Source of the DNA: Daphnia carinata
Taxonomy: Eukaryota
Length of the DNA: 64,000 nt
Assembly: GCF_022539665.2 (NCBI RefSeq)
Contig: NC_081333.1
Span: forward strand, 3,162,001-3,226,000
Direction: 5' to 3'
Program-made: the position numbers and the translations under genes
Notes under the pieces: model-generated
What the model was told of the DNA's origin: nothing
Database searches by the model: none
Seen by the model: the letters and a program-made list of their open reading frames with translations, nothing else
Shown: positions 51,871 to 64,000 of the stretch, piece after piece
How the letters are laid out: every line of letters begins with the position of its first letter
Position numbering within the stretch: position 1 is the first letter of the stretch

Positions 51871-52909
51871 GGAATCAATTTATAAGGATACAAATATGCT
51901 GTGACTCTGTTTTTCTTTATTTGTCCAAGAACACTCAATACAATGAGCTTCTGCTGAATGGGATTGTGATTGAGACTTTATCATTAGTAATTTGTTGAAC
52001 ATGTCTGAACCATCTGGAAAGATGAGGGTATTTCTCCTTCAATTGTATGCTTTGGGGACCCTTTTGATAACCAAGTGAGTTAGAATTGTTAACTTAATGT
52101 AATTTTTTTTTGCTCTGATTTAAGACATACATAAAATTCTATTAGTCCTGATAGAAGTTCAGCATCTGCCTTGGAGAATTTGTTCCCGGCCAAATAGCTT
52201 GTATTTTTTAATTGATTGTTAAGCTCCTAGCATTAAAAAATGTCATTTCATAATCAAATGGCATATAACTTTAACTTACTTGAAATATGGAATGCGGTAC
52301 TGGTTGTTGTGGGTTCAATCTATCCAATACAACTTTCCGGTACTCAAGCCATTGACGTATAAGTGCCTCTTGCTCCAGAGTAAATTCCTCACTAGAATCT
52401 GTCATATCTCGTTTCTTCAAATTTCCCATTTTTGTCGTTAAAGTATCTAAAATTTATTAATGAACAATGAGCTTGACTTTTCTCGGATGGATGCAGACGA
52501 CAGCAAAGGTATGGCGAAAGGTTTCAGCAACACACGTCCCCCAAGAAGAAGAAACATAGAGTCTGCTGGCGTGCTAGTATATCCGTTTGCAAGATGTTCT
52601 GGTGCACGGGGTACCGCACGCAATTTCGATCTTTTTATCTTAGTTGCAGTTCTGACCGCTAGATGATTCGTTTGTGTATGCACATGTGGTCGTCTGCTAT
52701 TTTGCCCAGCTGTATAATACTGTCTCAGTTAATAGCTAGATTCTGTTCGGCGATTCCTTAGCCGGCCGATTTCAGAACGATTTTCAGCGTGTGGGTGCTG
52801 AACATACAATTTCAGTTCAAAATAATTCCACGTATTAAGATTTTGTATAGAAAAAATAGCTTCTGCGAATATCATACTTCTAATTAGATCCTTCTTAGAA
52901 AGAGTTGAA

Positions 52910-55900
52910 ATGGCGGCTTTTGAAGGTAATACCTGAAAGAACATAATTAGAGCATGCAATTGATAATATTAGACAATTCTCATAGAAATGGGGGTTCTGC
53001 CGCAAATCGCGAAACGTTTAGAAGAACTAGAATGGATGTTGCCCACAGATGTCCAGGCAGAAGCTGTACCATTGATCCTGGGTGGAGGGGATGTTCTAAT
53101 GGCAGCAGAAACTGGCAGTGGAAAAACAGGTAAATTTAATTATGCTGCAACATTTGAAAGTGGGGTTTGATGCTGTTCAAAATCAGGGGCATTTTGCTTA
53201 CCAATCATCCAGATTGTGTGGGAAACTATTAAAGATATCCAAAGTGGAAAAGCAGCATCTAGAACTGGCAATAGTAATGCTGCCATAGGTGATTTTCTTC
53301 ATGATTAATATTTTGTTAGTGCCAATTTCTGATGAAAAATTTTGTAGAATCTCAAGATAAATGGATTTTAAGTGCATATGACAGAACTCCAGCTATGGCC
53401 ATAAATACTGAAGGGACATTGTGTCAATCAAGAGATGTAGCATGGGGTGGTGCAAGAGCAACAAAAGGGTTGCTTAACAAAGGAAAGTATTACTATGAAG
53501 CCACGGTTTCTGATGAGGGTCTCTGCAGAGTAGGTTGGTCTTTGAATGAGGTAACCAACAACTTTTTTTCAGTTTTTATTATTAATTTTTTGTCCATTTT
53601 GTTAAAATTTTATTGTTTGACAGGCATCCTTGGATCTTGGCACAGATCGCTATGGATATGGCTTTGGTGGCACGGGGAAAAAATCAAACAACCGACAGTT
53701 CGATGATTATGGCAGTGCTTATGGGTTGAACGATGTTATTGGTTGTGCACTCGACCTTGACAACAGAGTCATCTCGTTTTTTAAGAACGGTGTTGATCTA
53801 GGAAAAGCGTTTGACATAAATCCGGAGTTCAGAAATAAAGCTCTCTTCCCTGCTGTGGCACTCAAGGTATGCAAATAGTCAAAAGTGATTTGGTGTAGTT
53901 CCTAATTGATTAGAGTTACATTTCCTCTCGCAGAATGCTGAAATTGAATTCAACTTCGGCCATAAACCTTTCAGATTTGGCATACCGAAAAATTTCATAC
54001 CAGTTTGCCAAGCAGGAAGTGATTGTACGTCTTTAAACTCGAATTCTGGGGTTGCCGTGCCTGCTCAGGTTAAACTTAAAGCAAATGCACCACAGGCCGT
54101 CATAATTGAGGTATAATTTAAATTAATAATTAAATTATGATTCCATTTCACACCGCATGTTACATTACCTGTCCTGGCTTTAGCCCTCCCGTGAGCTCGC
54201 TGAACAGACATACAAAGAGATAAACAGCTTCAAAAAATATTTGGATGCACCTGATATCCGAACGATGCTTGTGGCAGGCGGCATTGCAATCAAAGAGCAG
54301 CTTAGCGATCTTCAGAAAGGAGTAAGAGCCATTGGTAGGTTTGTTTATTTCAATTTGTGTAAGTTATTCTTTGCAGGTTGATATCATTGTTGGCACACCA
54401 GGCCGATTAGAGGAGCTAACCAAGAGTGAAAATTTGCTATTAACTCATTGCCGTTTCCTTGTTTTGGACGAAGCTGATGGGTTGCTGCAGCAAGGCCATG
54501 GCGAGTTGATCAATCGTTTGCATTCTCGAGCTCCAAAAATAACTACAGACGGGAAACGCTTGCAAATGATCGTGTGCTCCGCCACCCTTCATTCGTTCGA
54601 TGTGAAAAAAATGGCCGTGAGTTGATATTATGTAAAATCATTTATATTTGAAAGCAATGAAAAACATGGCTTTTTTCTTTGTTCCCGCCCAAGGATCGCC
54701 TGATGCACTTTCCAACATGGATTGACTTGAAAGGTGAAGACTCTGTACCAGACACAGTGCACCACGTCGTCGTTACGGTAGATCCTCGCACTGACATGTC
54801 GTGGCATAATTTACCAAAGCGAATACCAACCGATGGGGTGCACGCAAATGACCGCTTAACTCCTACATCCGCCACACCTGGTAACAATGAGTATCACCCA
54901 AAGATATACTTTTTGATGACCATCCCTTTTGTATTCTAGAGATGTTGTCTGAGGCAGTAAAACTACTAAAAGGAGAATATTGCGTCAGGGCCATAACTGA
55001 ACATAACATGGACCAAGCAATCATCTTCTGTCGCACAAAAGTCGATTGTGATAATCTTGAAACCTACTTGAATTCCATCGGTATTGAAACTTAGTACCCA
55101 TTGTTTCCGTTGAAGCGTTTGTGGTTTAATAATACGATTGTTTTTGCCTAAAGATAAGCATAAATTCTCATGCGTATGTCTCCATGGTGACCGAAAGCCA
55201 CAAGAGCGTCGCGACAATCTGGAAGCTTTCAAGCAGAAACAAGTAAAGTTTCTCATCTGTACTGACGTTGCTGCGAGAGGATTAGACATAGGCGGTTTAC
55301 CTTTCAGTAAGTTTAGAAAATACCTCTTAGCTTAATGAACATGTTGCATGTATTCGTCTGTTTACAATTCTAGTGATTAACATCACGCTGCCGGATGAGA
55401 AATCAAACTATGTCCATCGGTAAGATAAAAGATCTCTATAAAAGAGTCCGTTGAGCTTTCCGGTTGTTAATATGGTCATTTCTCTTTCTAGCATTGGTCG
55501 AGTTGGTAGAGCAGAACGAATGGGATTGGCCATTTCTTTTGTATCCAATGTTCCTGAAAAGGTATGGTTTCACGGTGAGTGGTGTTCGTCGCGCGGCAAA
55601 GGGTGCACTAATTCAAAGTTGACCACGCAAGAGGGATGCTGCATCTGGTATGATGAACAACAGGTAAGGACTGACTTAAATTACTTGTGTAAAGCTCGGG
55701 ATAAATGTGGTGTATCATTGCAATGATTTTTCAGTGTTTAGCCGACGTGGAGGAGCACTTGGGCATAACCATATCGCAAGCTGGTAATGCTCTATTTTCT
55801 TTAAGATAAATGATGAACTGGTATTGAAGGTGCACTTTTTTAGGCACGGACATTAAAGTCCCGCAAGACGAATTCGATGGTAAAGTGGTGTACGGACAGA

Positions 55901-56106
55901 AGAAAAAGGCTGCAAGTAAGAACATTTTTCTGCTTTTCAGAGATGTTTATAAAGTTAAATTAAATATTTGTGCAGCCTCAGCTTATCAGAGCCATGTAGC
56001 TCAAATGGCGGGGGCTGTTCAGGAACTTGCAGTCCAAGAAATGAAGGCTCAGCTGCTTTTCCACTCCTTTGCTAATAATGCTAAGAAGATTTTTGGGTCA
56101 GTCTGA
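52910..56106 (+). CDS. DDX1: ATP-dependent DEAD-box RNA helicase DDX1 (with SPRY insertion)
   Basis: Starts [58 protein letters not shown] segment ([38 protein letters not shown]); [46 protein letters not shown]; many short GT-AG introns; stop at 56104-56106. Confidence 0.95.
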
Positions 56107-56242
56107 TATTGATACTTTCTTTTGTTGGTGTGGATCTGACAGTTTACACATCTAAACTATATGAATGGGTGAAAACGAAAATGTTCTGCCTTTCTCAGCC
56201 GTGGAAATATTACAGTTACAGTTAAGTGTTTGCTTCAAAATT

Positions 56243-57304
56243 CTATTCGGCATCTTTATTTTCACCTTCGTTTGCGAGCATCTTCTCGACTGTTTCTTTC
56301 AGACAAAGTTGTACAATCGGCTGAACTTTCAAGCAATACTCTGTCACAAGTTTCAGCATCTGTTCAAGATCTTCTGTGTTTGAAACACCTTCATGTACAT
56401 AGGCACAAACCTGCTGCATTGAAGGCATATAGCCAACAGTAAGGTTTGAGTTGTTTTGGTCATGACTAAGTTCTGGTTGCCATTCTTCATCTTTGGTGGG
56501 ATCAAGTAGCAAAACTTTGGGCAATTGTCTCTAGAAAAATGAATAATACTAGAGATAAGATGGTTAAAGTTCGAAAAAAATAAATAACCTTACCACTGAT
56601 GCTCCAACCACCAAGTCATACATTGGAATACTAGCACTTGAAAGAGCTAAACTGGCACAGGTGAGTGCTGCAGCTAAAGGTGAGCCATCATTTTCAATAA
56701 CCATAACATTGACTTCAACTTGAGCTTTGGGGAAATGATGCTACAGGGGACAGAAATTGTTCTTCAGACACAGATTGACAGTAAAGTACATTATGGTTTC
56801 GATTACAAGACAAACTGCAGCTTCCAATGCTTCCCTTAGTAGCCCACTTAGTACAAGTTCTTCATTATCTTGTTGATGACTTCGTCTCTTTTGACAAGAG
56901 AATGGGGCAAATTTGAATTCACAGAAGAGTTGACCATTTAGTCTGAAATCTGATTTCTTCTGCACTTCACGTGGACCATAGACACCACAAACCAATTTTG
57001 TGTTGCCCTGTTCTATGTATGCTGAGCCTTTTGCCTGGCTAATGATTCCTGTTCTCAAAACTAGAAAAGTGATAAAGATATCATTCAAATTAGGAAAAAT
57101 TTCTAAATGGAAAAGTTAAAGAATACATAGTGGTCTCGCATCAGTAGGCTTTCGTTTATCTTTTCGGATTTGCTTGCTGTCAATCAACATTTTCTGCATA
57201 TCAGCAGATAATATAGATTCTTCTGCGTTGGCATCCTTTTTTTCCAGCAATGTGTAAGAAAACGCACTTTCAGGTCCCTGCAATCTACGCGAATCGACCG
57301 GCAT
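56243..57304 (-). CDS. EXOSC6: Exosome complex component MTR3 (RNase PH-like)
   Basis: Exons 57304-57127, 57060-56807, 56740-56594, 56530-56243. N-terminus [12 protein letters not shown] is EXOSC6-type; [73 protein letters not shown]. Confidence 0.9.
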
Positions 57305-57909
57305 TTTAAAAATTATGTCACGTTAAAGTAGAGTTTTCAAACACGTTTTCACTATAGTTTCAAAATGTACACACGTAAATTCGTCTGCAAGGTTCTTAAG
57401 ACGTTGCCGTAATTTTTCGCTTTTTTTTCAATTCTTTTTGTTTTGCCTAGAGCCGCCAAAAGGAACCTCCCACCGATGTTTCAATCGTTCTGGGGAATTT
57501 CGAATGCCACTAGTCTATCTTTTCAGCTGTGCATTAGTCGTGTGGAGACTTCCATGAAGTCAAGAACAACGTGATACTAGTGAATACCCAAACTGAGAGG
57601 TTTAATGGTAGAAGGATTTTCGTTTTGTGTCACCGGCTCTGAACTTTTCGGGTTTATATTTGAACACAAAACATAACGTTAAATACGTTCAGCTGGATGT
57701 TGTAAGTTAATTGTACTGTCTGCTAGTTTATTCCTTGACATCGTTAATAAATGCAATGAAGATGCCACCTCCAAGGTCGCCCGAGATGTAAAAGCCTCGT
57801 GGCGTTAAAAAAAAAACAAGTACAGTGTACCACCAAAGGTACGGAAAACCTTTAGAAAAATTACAAATGTAAAAAAGAATCCAAGATGGTGTTGTTTTTT
57901 TTTTGGCAG

Positions 57910-59761
57910 ATGATCGTTCGGCCCTTGAAAAATTGCTTGTTTCACTTGAAGCAACAAAAACGCGGGACTCGACGTTGGATCGTTTCGGTCGCCATACTTC
58001 AGGTTCACCGCCCTTCCTTTTGCTTTCGACGGCGTAGAGTTTTTTTTCCCCCTTGCAATTACTGTTGTCATTTGTGATGGTTGGTAAAGCGCTACAATAG
58101 CTCATTAACCACCATACAATGACGAAAGCTCGTCGTCTCGGTCGTTGAATATTTATAGTACTAACTCCTTTTTTTTTTATTGCAGGTTCTCACGGTTCTC
58201 GTATTTTTTCATTATTCAACCAGCGTTTCGAGAAACTATTTATCTGAGCAAAAGTTGTCAGTTTATAATGGAGGAATAGACACTTCCACTAATCCGTCAC
58301 CATCAGTCTTTAACGAAAATCTAATAGTTTCGCTCGTAGAGGACGAGACCTTACATTTTCAACCAGTAGGAATTGCGCCATATTGTTACGTGGAAGGAAC
58401 TGATGTCGAAGCTACCGTGTCCACCAATAGCTCCAAATGCGTATGCCGTACCAATTATTTTGGTCATGAATGCGGCATTCCGGCATCAGCTTGGCATCGA
58501 ACGATTTCCAAAAAATATCATAGATGGCCATTGAAACCGAGGAAAGTGCCAAGAAGAATAATCCACGGTCTCAACATTAATCATGAAACGGATTTCTTTC
58601 GTGTGCGGCTTGAAGAACTCAAGGTAAAAATAAAACGCAATATTTACAAAATTTTATTCTTACTCAGTTTAATTGCTTATGAATAGGATGCTGTTGACGT
58701 GTACATTGTCTGTGAATCAAACTACACAGCCCACGGGGATGCCAAACCCCTTTACTTGATGGAAAAATTGCGATCCGGTTTTGTGGAAAATTTTCATTCT
58801 AAGATCGTCCATGTATCACTTCATAAATTCCCACCAGAAGGCCGAAAAAATGGTTGGTACATCGATATGTATCTGCGTACATATATGGGCACCCATGGTC
58901 TCAATCGAATTCGTGGGGTACGTTCTGATGACTTATTTGTTTTGCTGGATGCGGACGAAATTCCTACACGGGAGGTTCTTATGTTTCTCAAACTATATGA
59001 CGGATATCCGGAACCAGTTCGCCTTGCTATGCGTTGGTCTGTTTTCGGCTTTTTCTGGAAGCAAAAGAAAGAAAAACAGACTGGATTCATACTCGACTGG
59101 CTACGCGATGCTATGAAAGAAGATCCAGAGAATGACAACGAAGAATTGCTTCAAGTCACAGCGGTAAAATTTAACATAGTGCATACATTTTAAATCTATT
59201 GTAAAAACAAACATTCCATGACACAGGTGAGCACGATGAATTTGGTCTGGAAAGTTTGCCGGAATAACACATTCCTCATCCGTAAAGATATGACGAACTA
59301 TGCAGATTTTCAAGAACGATTAAGTCAATATCGGATAGAAGGTAATCGAGTATCTCCGTGGACAGCTGGGACAAAGCATCACTATGCTGGCTATCACTGC
59401 TCATGGTGTTACAGTCCGGAAGGCATCCGTACTAAACTGTTATCAGCCCATGCAGATGACAAGCCACGATGGGGCGACTACGCCGAGAAACTGGATCTTC
59501 CGTACATTTCTCGATTGATTCGTGATGGTGAATTTCTTCTAGTATGTGCGAACACTATTAAAATACTGATAAGCCATTTTTTGGTTTGAAGGTGAATGGT
59601 TCGACGCAACTCATCCATTCCTGATGGCTGACTGGGAGAAAGAAGACCAGTACGCCCCAAAATTCATGTTACAACACTACCGAGAGTTCCATCAACTTTT
59701 GTATCCTCCGGACATGACAAACGTATTGTATTCAAGCTCACATGACAGTGATTCTCAATAA
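57910..59761 (+). CDS. MGAT3: GT17 beta-1,4-mannosyl-glycoprotein 4-beta-N-acetylglucosaminyltransferase-like (GnT-III/MGAT3 family)
   Basis: Exons 57910-58002, 58186-58623, 58687-59163, 59227-59527, 59592-59761. Type II TM WIVSVAILQVLTVLVFF; PRKVPRRIIHGLNINHETD, VCESNYTAHGDAKPL, DDLFVLLDADEIP (DxD), FLKLYDGYPEP, AGYHCSWCYSPEGIRTKLLSA..DKPRWGDY. Confidence 0.88.
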
Positions 59762-59809
59762 TTAATTCTTACAAAAGAATGCACTTGCAGCTAATAATCG
59801 CTAAAGAAA

Positions 59810-62505
59810 TTAAGGTGGTGGTTGGTACGCTGGATAGCGAGGTTGTTCATATCCGGGATACTGCTGCTGAGGCGGACCGGGAGGACGATATGGTCCGTAC
59901 GAGTTAGGCGGTGGTGGTCCTGGAGCTGGGTAGCCAGCGGGAGGATAACCATGAGGCGCACCAGGCTGCTGGGCATTTGGTACTGGTGGGTAACCAGAAG
60001 GAGCCGGAGGGCCATATGGTTGGGGGCCTTGAGGAGCTCCATAAGCCGGCTGCATGGGAGGATATGGCTGTGGTCCTCCTGGTGCCCCGTAGGCAGGCTG
60101 ATTAGGCGGTGGAGCGTAATGGCCGGGTCCAGGAGTCGAATACGGACCTGTTTGTGGCACGCCTGGCTGAGGATGACCAGCTGGTGGTGCTCCATATACA
60201 GGCTGCTGCGGTGGCAGAGGAGCTCCAGGTGGAATGCTATTGGCATATGGATATGGAGCTGCTGGTTGCGAATGTGGATAGCCACCGGGTGGTCCACCTA
60301 TATGTGAATGGGACAGGACGACAAAACAGACGCAAGGTACTTAATACTATGATTGATGTTAAACATTGTCAGATTCAACGTACCTGCATAATTATAGGAA
60401 GGCTGAGGCTGCTGCGATTGATTATGAGGCGGGCCTTGGCTATGTGGAGGTCCCGGTGCTTGATTGTGGGATGGTTGTCCGGGATTGTGTGGAGGTCCTG
60501 GAGCAGGACTTGTTCCTCCAGTTGCCGGTTGGCTATACACTAAATTAACGCCAAGCCATTAGCCATACATCGAAAGGTTTGAAATCATAGAACGCGCACA
60601 ACTTCTTACTTGGTTGTGCTTGTGTTGGGGTCGCTGGACTCGGAGAGCTTCTCTGTTGAGAATGTTGTTGCGGACTCGGGTGTTGCGGCGGATGCTGAGA
60701 TGGATGTTGGGCTGGATGTTGTTGAGAAGGGTGTTGGGAAGGATGCTGTTGTGAAGAATGTTGCTGAGAAGGATGCTGTTGAGAAGGATGTTGAGGATGT
60801 TGTTGCGGGGGATGTTGAGGGTGCGGTTGTGAAGGATGCTGTTGCGGAATATGTTGTTGAGGAGGATGCTGTTGGGGATGTGGTTGAGGTGGATGCTGTT
60901 GAGAAGGATGAGGTTGCGATGGATGGGGTTGAGATGGATGGGGCTGCGATGGATGGGGTTGAGGAGGGTGTGGTTGAGGTGGATGGGACTGAGACGGATG
61001 GGGCTGAGAAGGATGGGGCTGAGAAGGATGGGATTGAGAAGGATGGGGTTGAGAAGGATGGGGTTGAGATGGATGGGGTTGAGATGGATGGGGTTGAGAT
61101 GGATGGGGTTGAGATGGATGGGGTTGAGATGGATGGGGTTGAGATGGATGGGGTTGAGATGGATGGGGTTGAGATGGATGGGGTTGAGACGGATGGGGTT
61201 GAGACGGATGGGGTTGAGACGGATGGGGTTGAGACGGATGGGGTTGAGACGGATGGGGTTGAGACGGATGGGGCTGAGGAGTATGCGGCTGAGGAGTATG
61301 CGACTGAGGCGCATGTGGCTGTGGAGTGTGTGGTTGGGGAGGGTGAGGCTGGGAAGGATGTTGCTGTGGAGGATGTGACTGGGGCGGTTGAGTAGCACCG
61401 GTTGGTGGTGAATAACTCCCCTGTGCGACGGAGGACGTCGGTGGCGTAGGACCGTTAAACGCAGCCGACGACTGCGGGGCAGCCGGAGAACCTGGCATCG
61501 GATTTACTGGTGCATTTTGACCCTGTGGCTGTTGGGGCCCGTATGGGGCCGGCTGCGGATATCCGTATGGTTGTTGCTGTTGTGGTGGGTAATAACCCTG
61601 TTGTTGTTGAGGAGGTGCAGATTGACCACCATAGGGTTGATTCTGATAACCTGGCTGGGGAGCTGGGTTGTATGGTTGGTTAGGGTACTGTGCTGGGGGC
61701 TGTCCACCATACTGGGGATATTGAGGTCCATAGTTTGGTTGAGGTGCAGGGGGACGATATTGTTGCTGCTGTGGTTGTTGACCATAGGTGTGTGGTGATT
61801 GTGGCCCATTATAAGGATACCCAGGCTGCTGTGGGCCTTGAGGACCTGGTTGTTGTCCAGCAGGCATCATTGGTGGTCTGTATGGTCCTGGTTGATTTGT
61901 TGGTGGTTGTCCTCCATATGATGATACTGGTGGACCTTGTGGTCCACCTTGCTGGGAATTGGCTGGAGATGGTGATGCAGAATCCTGATTATTTGGGCCA
62001 GTTGCTTGTGGGGGATTGCCTGGTGTATTTGGCATACCTTGAGGGGGCTGGCGAACACATAAGACATTGATGTTACTCAAAGCTTTCGCAATTGTTTAAG
62101 AAACTTACAGGAAGAAGTGTCTGAATGTTCTGAGCTGGATCAGCAACTGATGCCAAGTAGACCAGATTACGATGGAGTATCTGTTCGACCCTGTGAGAAC
62201 AATGATTAAGATTTAAATAATTCAAATTTAGAAGGAATATAAAATGCTTACTGTAAACACTCATGTGTCTTTCCCCTGGCTTGGTAGTCCTGAATTGTCA
62301 TTATATGTTGACTATTTTCATCCAATAGCTAAAAGGAGGGAAAAAGCCGGTAATATGAGGTAACGAATATGGTACGAAATAAAATAACGGCAATTTTGCT
62401 CTGCTGCCATTTATGACGTCGTAGTTGTGTAGGGAATAATCTCACCTTTTGGATCTGAGCAGGTGAAGGCGGTGGTCTCCCTCTTTGAGCAAACGTAAGA
62501 GACAT
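59810..62505 (-). CDS. SS18: SS18/SYT (SSXT) family BAF/SWI-SNF subunit with SNH domain and Q/P/G/Y-rich activation region
   Basis: ATG 62505: MSLTFAQRGRPPPSPAQIQK | LLDENSQHIMTIQDYQARGKTHECLQ | VEQILHRNLVYLASVADPAQNIQTLLP matches the SS18 N-terminal homology domain. It is followed by a long QPGY exon (~62050-60610) and two more exons (~60540-60384, ~60299-59810) ending YPAYQPPP. Confidence 0.9.
60880..61390. repeat. 15-bp coding minisatellite encoding (QPHPS)n in SS18
   Basis: GAGATGGATGGGGTT x8 (61066-61185), then GAGACGGATGGGGTT x5 plus one variant (61186-61275), with degenerate units on both sides. Confidence 0.95.
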
Positions 62506-62692
62506 GTTAATTTGATTCTCAACGAGTTCTCTCGACTGTTTACGCTAGCGGAACTGTATGAATTTATTCAAATTCACTGAATGAGCTGTCACGTACAGGC
62601 AAGAAAATTGGACGCTATTAATTCCGGGGTTGCCGATCTTTACCCGCTGGTTGTTGGGCTAGGGAAGATGAAAGGCTACGTTTTCAAGTGGG

Positions 62693-62908
62693 TAGATGGC
62701 AGCAATACAAAGTGAATTTAATTTTGTATGCTCAATAATAAGTGGTATTTTAAAAACTTAACGTGAATGCAATAGTAATGTTGTTTAAAATTAGCATAAG
62801 ATGACAAAACGAAATGTTATAAAGAAATAAAATCTATTGCTGTTTTCGAAATCTGAAGCCATCTAGTGAAACAAAATTTATAAGGAAGATTAATACCCGC
62901 TAGATGGC
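62693..62908. promoter_or_regulatory. Cluster of CTCF-like TAGATGGC motifs upstream of SS18
   Basis: TAGATGGCAGCA 62693-62704, GCCATCTAGTG 62858-62868, CCGCTAGATGGC 62897-62908. Motif match only. Confidence 0.4.
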
Positions 62909-64000
62909 TTCTTTAGTCACTATAGGAAACAAAGAAGCTTGATCCAGCGTCCATTGCACACGACAAGTTTTTTTCCCGTTCAGGAGCAGCAGCATTTTGT
63001 AGCTTCAAAGCTTCAGTCAACCGCCATTGCGCGTTCGATAAGGTGCGGCCAAAACTTTGTCGCTGCCCGTCTCAATCCTCCGCCAACGTGTCCGGCTCAT
63101 TTCCCGCGCCTGTCCACCTTTCGCGAACTACAAGATTCTTTCTGTACAACTCAGGATAATTTTGGCGTGCATTTTATGCGCGTTAACCAGCAAGAAGGAG
63201 CATTTTGTACGAGTGTGTGAGTTGTGCAGTGTCTTGTGTGCTGCAGCGGCCATTTTCTTTTCCCTTACGAAACTTGATTGAAAAGTGATCATCAACGTCA
63301 TCACTGCATGCATCGTATATATGTGGCGAACAGTCGTCTAGGAAATGCATTGAAGTTAGATCATCCTTTTCCTATAGGCCACGATCTCGTTTGGCAACCT
63401 ATTGCAGAACACAACAAAACAGCAGCGGTCCACAGAGTGGCACAGGCAGTGCGAGTGGAGGCCCTTCCCATTTAGTAGGTTTGTCCCACTTGTCGGGTTC
63501 CCACAAGGACAATACTATGGGTTTATGCAACCCGAACTGGGTTTGAGTTATTTTTTTATGCGCAAGTGTTGCTCTAAATCAGACTTGCTGAAACCTTATT
63601 TTTTTTTTTTTCAAACGAAGGATCACGTTATGCTTTATCATTAGGAATTGTGTTATTTAGAAATTAAATGGGATAACAATAAAGAATTTTTATTAAAAAT
63701 GAAATGTTTTCTGGGTGTCTTCATAGTTCCTTCGTAAGAAATTATACAGCGAAGAAAAACGGATAGTACACTTGGGTAGCAACTAAAAATTCTAAGGGGT
63801 TTGCAGCTTATAGTAGAAACCAAATTAAACACTGCTTTTTTTTTATCGTAGTCATTCCTAGCAAAATATCCCAATAAATTCGTGAAAGTAAATTTTTCTA
63901 GAGTTTGTTTCATTTCGTAAAGTTAAAGAAACAAGCTCGGCTTCTAGAAATGGCTTCGATTTTTTTGACAGCGAGAAGGGTTGTTTAAAAGACGGCACTG

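Noticed and set aside
61066..61275. Regular repeats that might suggest a CRISPR array
   Set aside because: Contiguous units with no spacers, inside a eukaryotic coding exon.
60559..61398. Long alternative-frame and antisense ORFs (VEMDG, MGLRW and LNPIH repeats) over the SS18 repeat
   Set aside because: They are by-products of a stop-free 15-bp minisatellite; only the QPHPS frame joins the SS18 exons.
62939..64000. Possible 5' end of a gene divergent from SS18
   Set aside because: Promoter-like motifs are present but no coding exon can be identified within the window.

Overview
Eukaryotic (arthropod) genomic DNA. The many ~55-80 nt GT-AG introns, high gene density and tandem paralogues point to a Daphnia-like crustacean (inference). 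The window has three parts. (1) 1-22 kb is a duplicated cluster of secreted/cell-surface genes: three intact M19 membrane dipeptidases interleaved with four intact cueball-like YWTD beta-propeller type I membrane proteins and one decayed copy, followed by a small minus-strand peritrophin-A/CBM14 gene with a probable GPI signal. (2) 27-47 kb is a Shab/Kv2 potassium channel gene with long, microsatellite-rich introns. (3) 50-62.5 kb is a dense housekeeping block: IMPAD1/BPNT2, DDX1, EXOSC6/MTR3, an MGAT3-like glycosyltransferase and SS18/SYT with a long His-Pro-Gln pentapeptide minisatellite. The most notable observations are intronic segments after the Shab pore exon that can pair, in nested order, with exon codons that are plausible A-to-I editing sites, and the dipeptidase/cueball cluster, whose copies diverged in anchoring (GPI versus secreted), EGF content and cytoplasmic tails. 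All gene models were built by eye from GT-AG sites and reading frames; no database searches were run.
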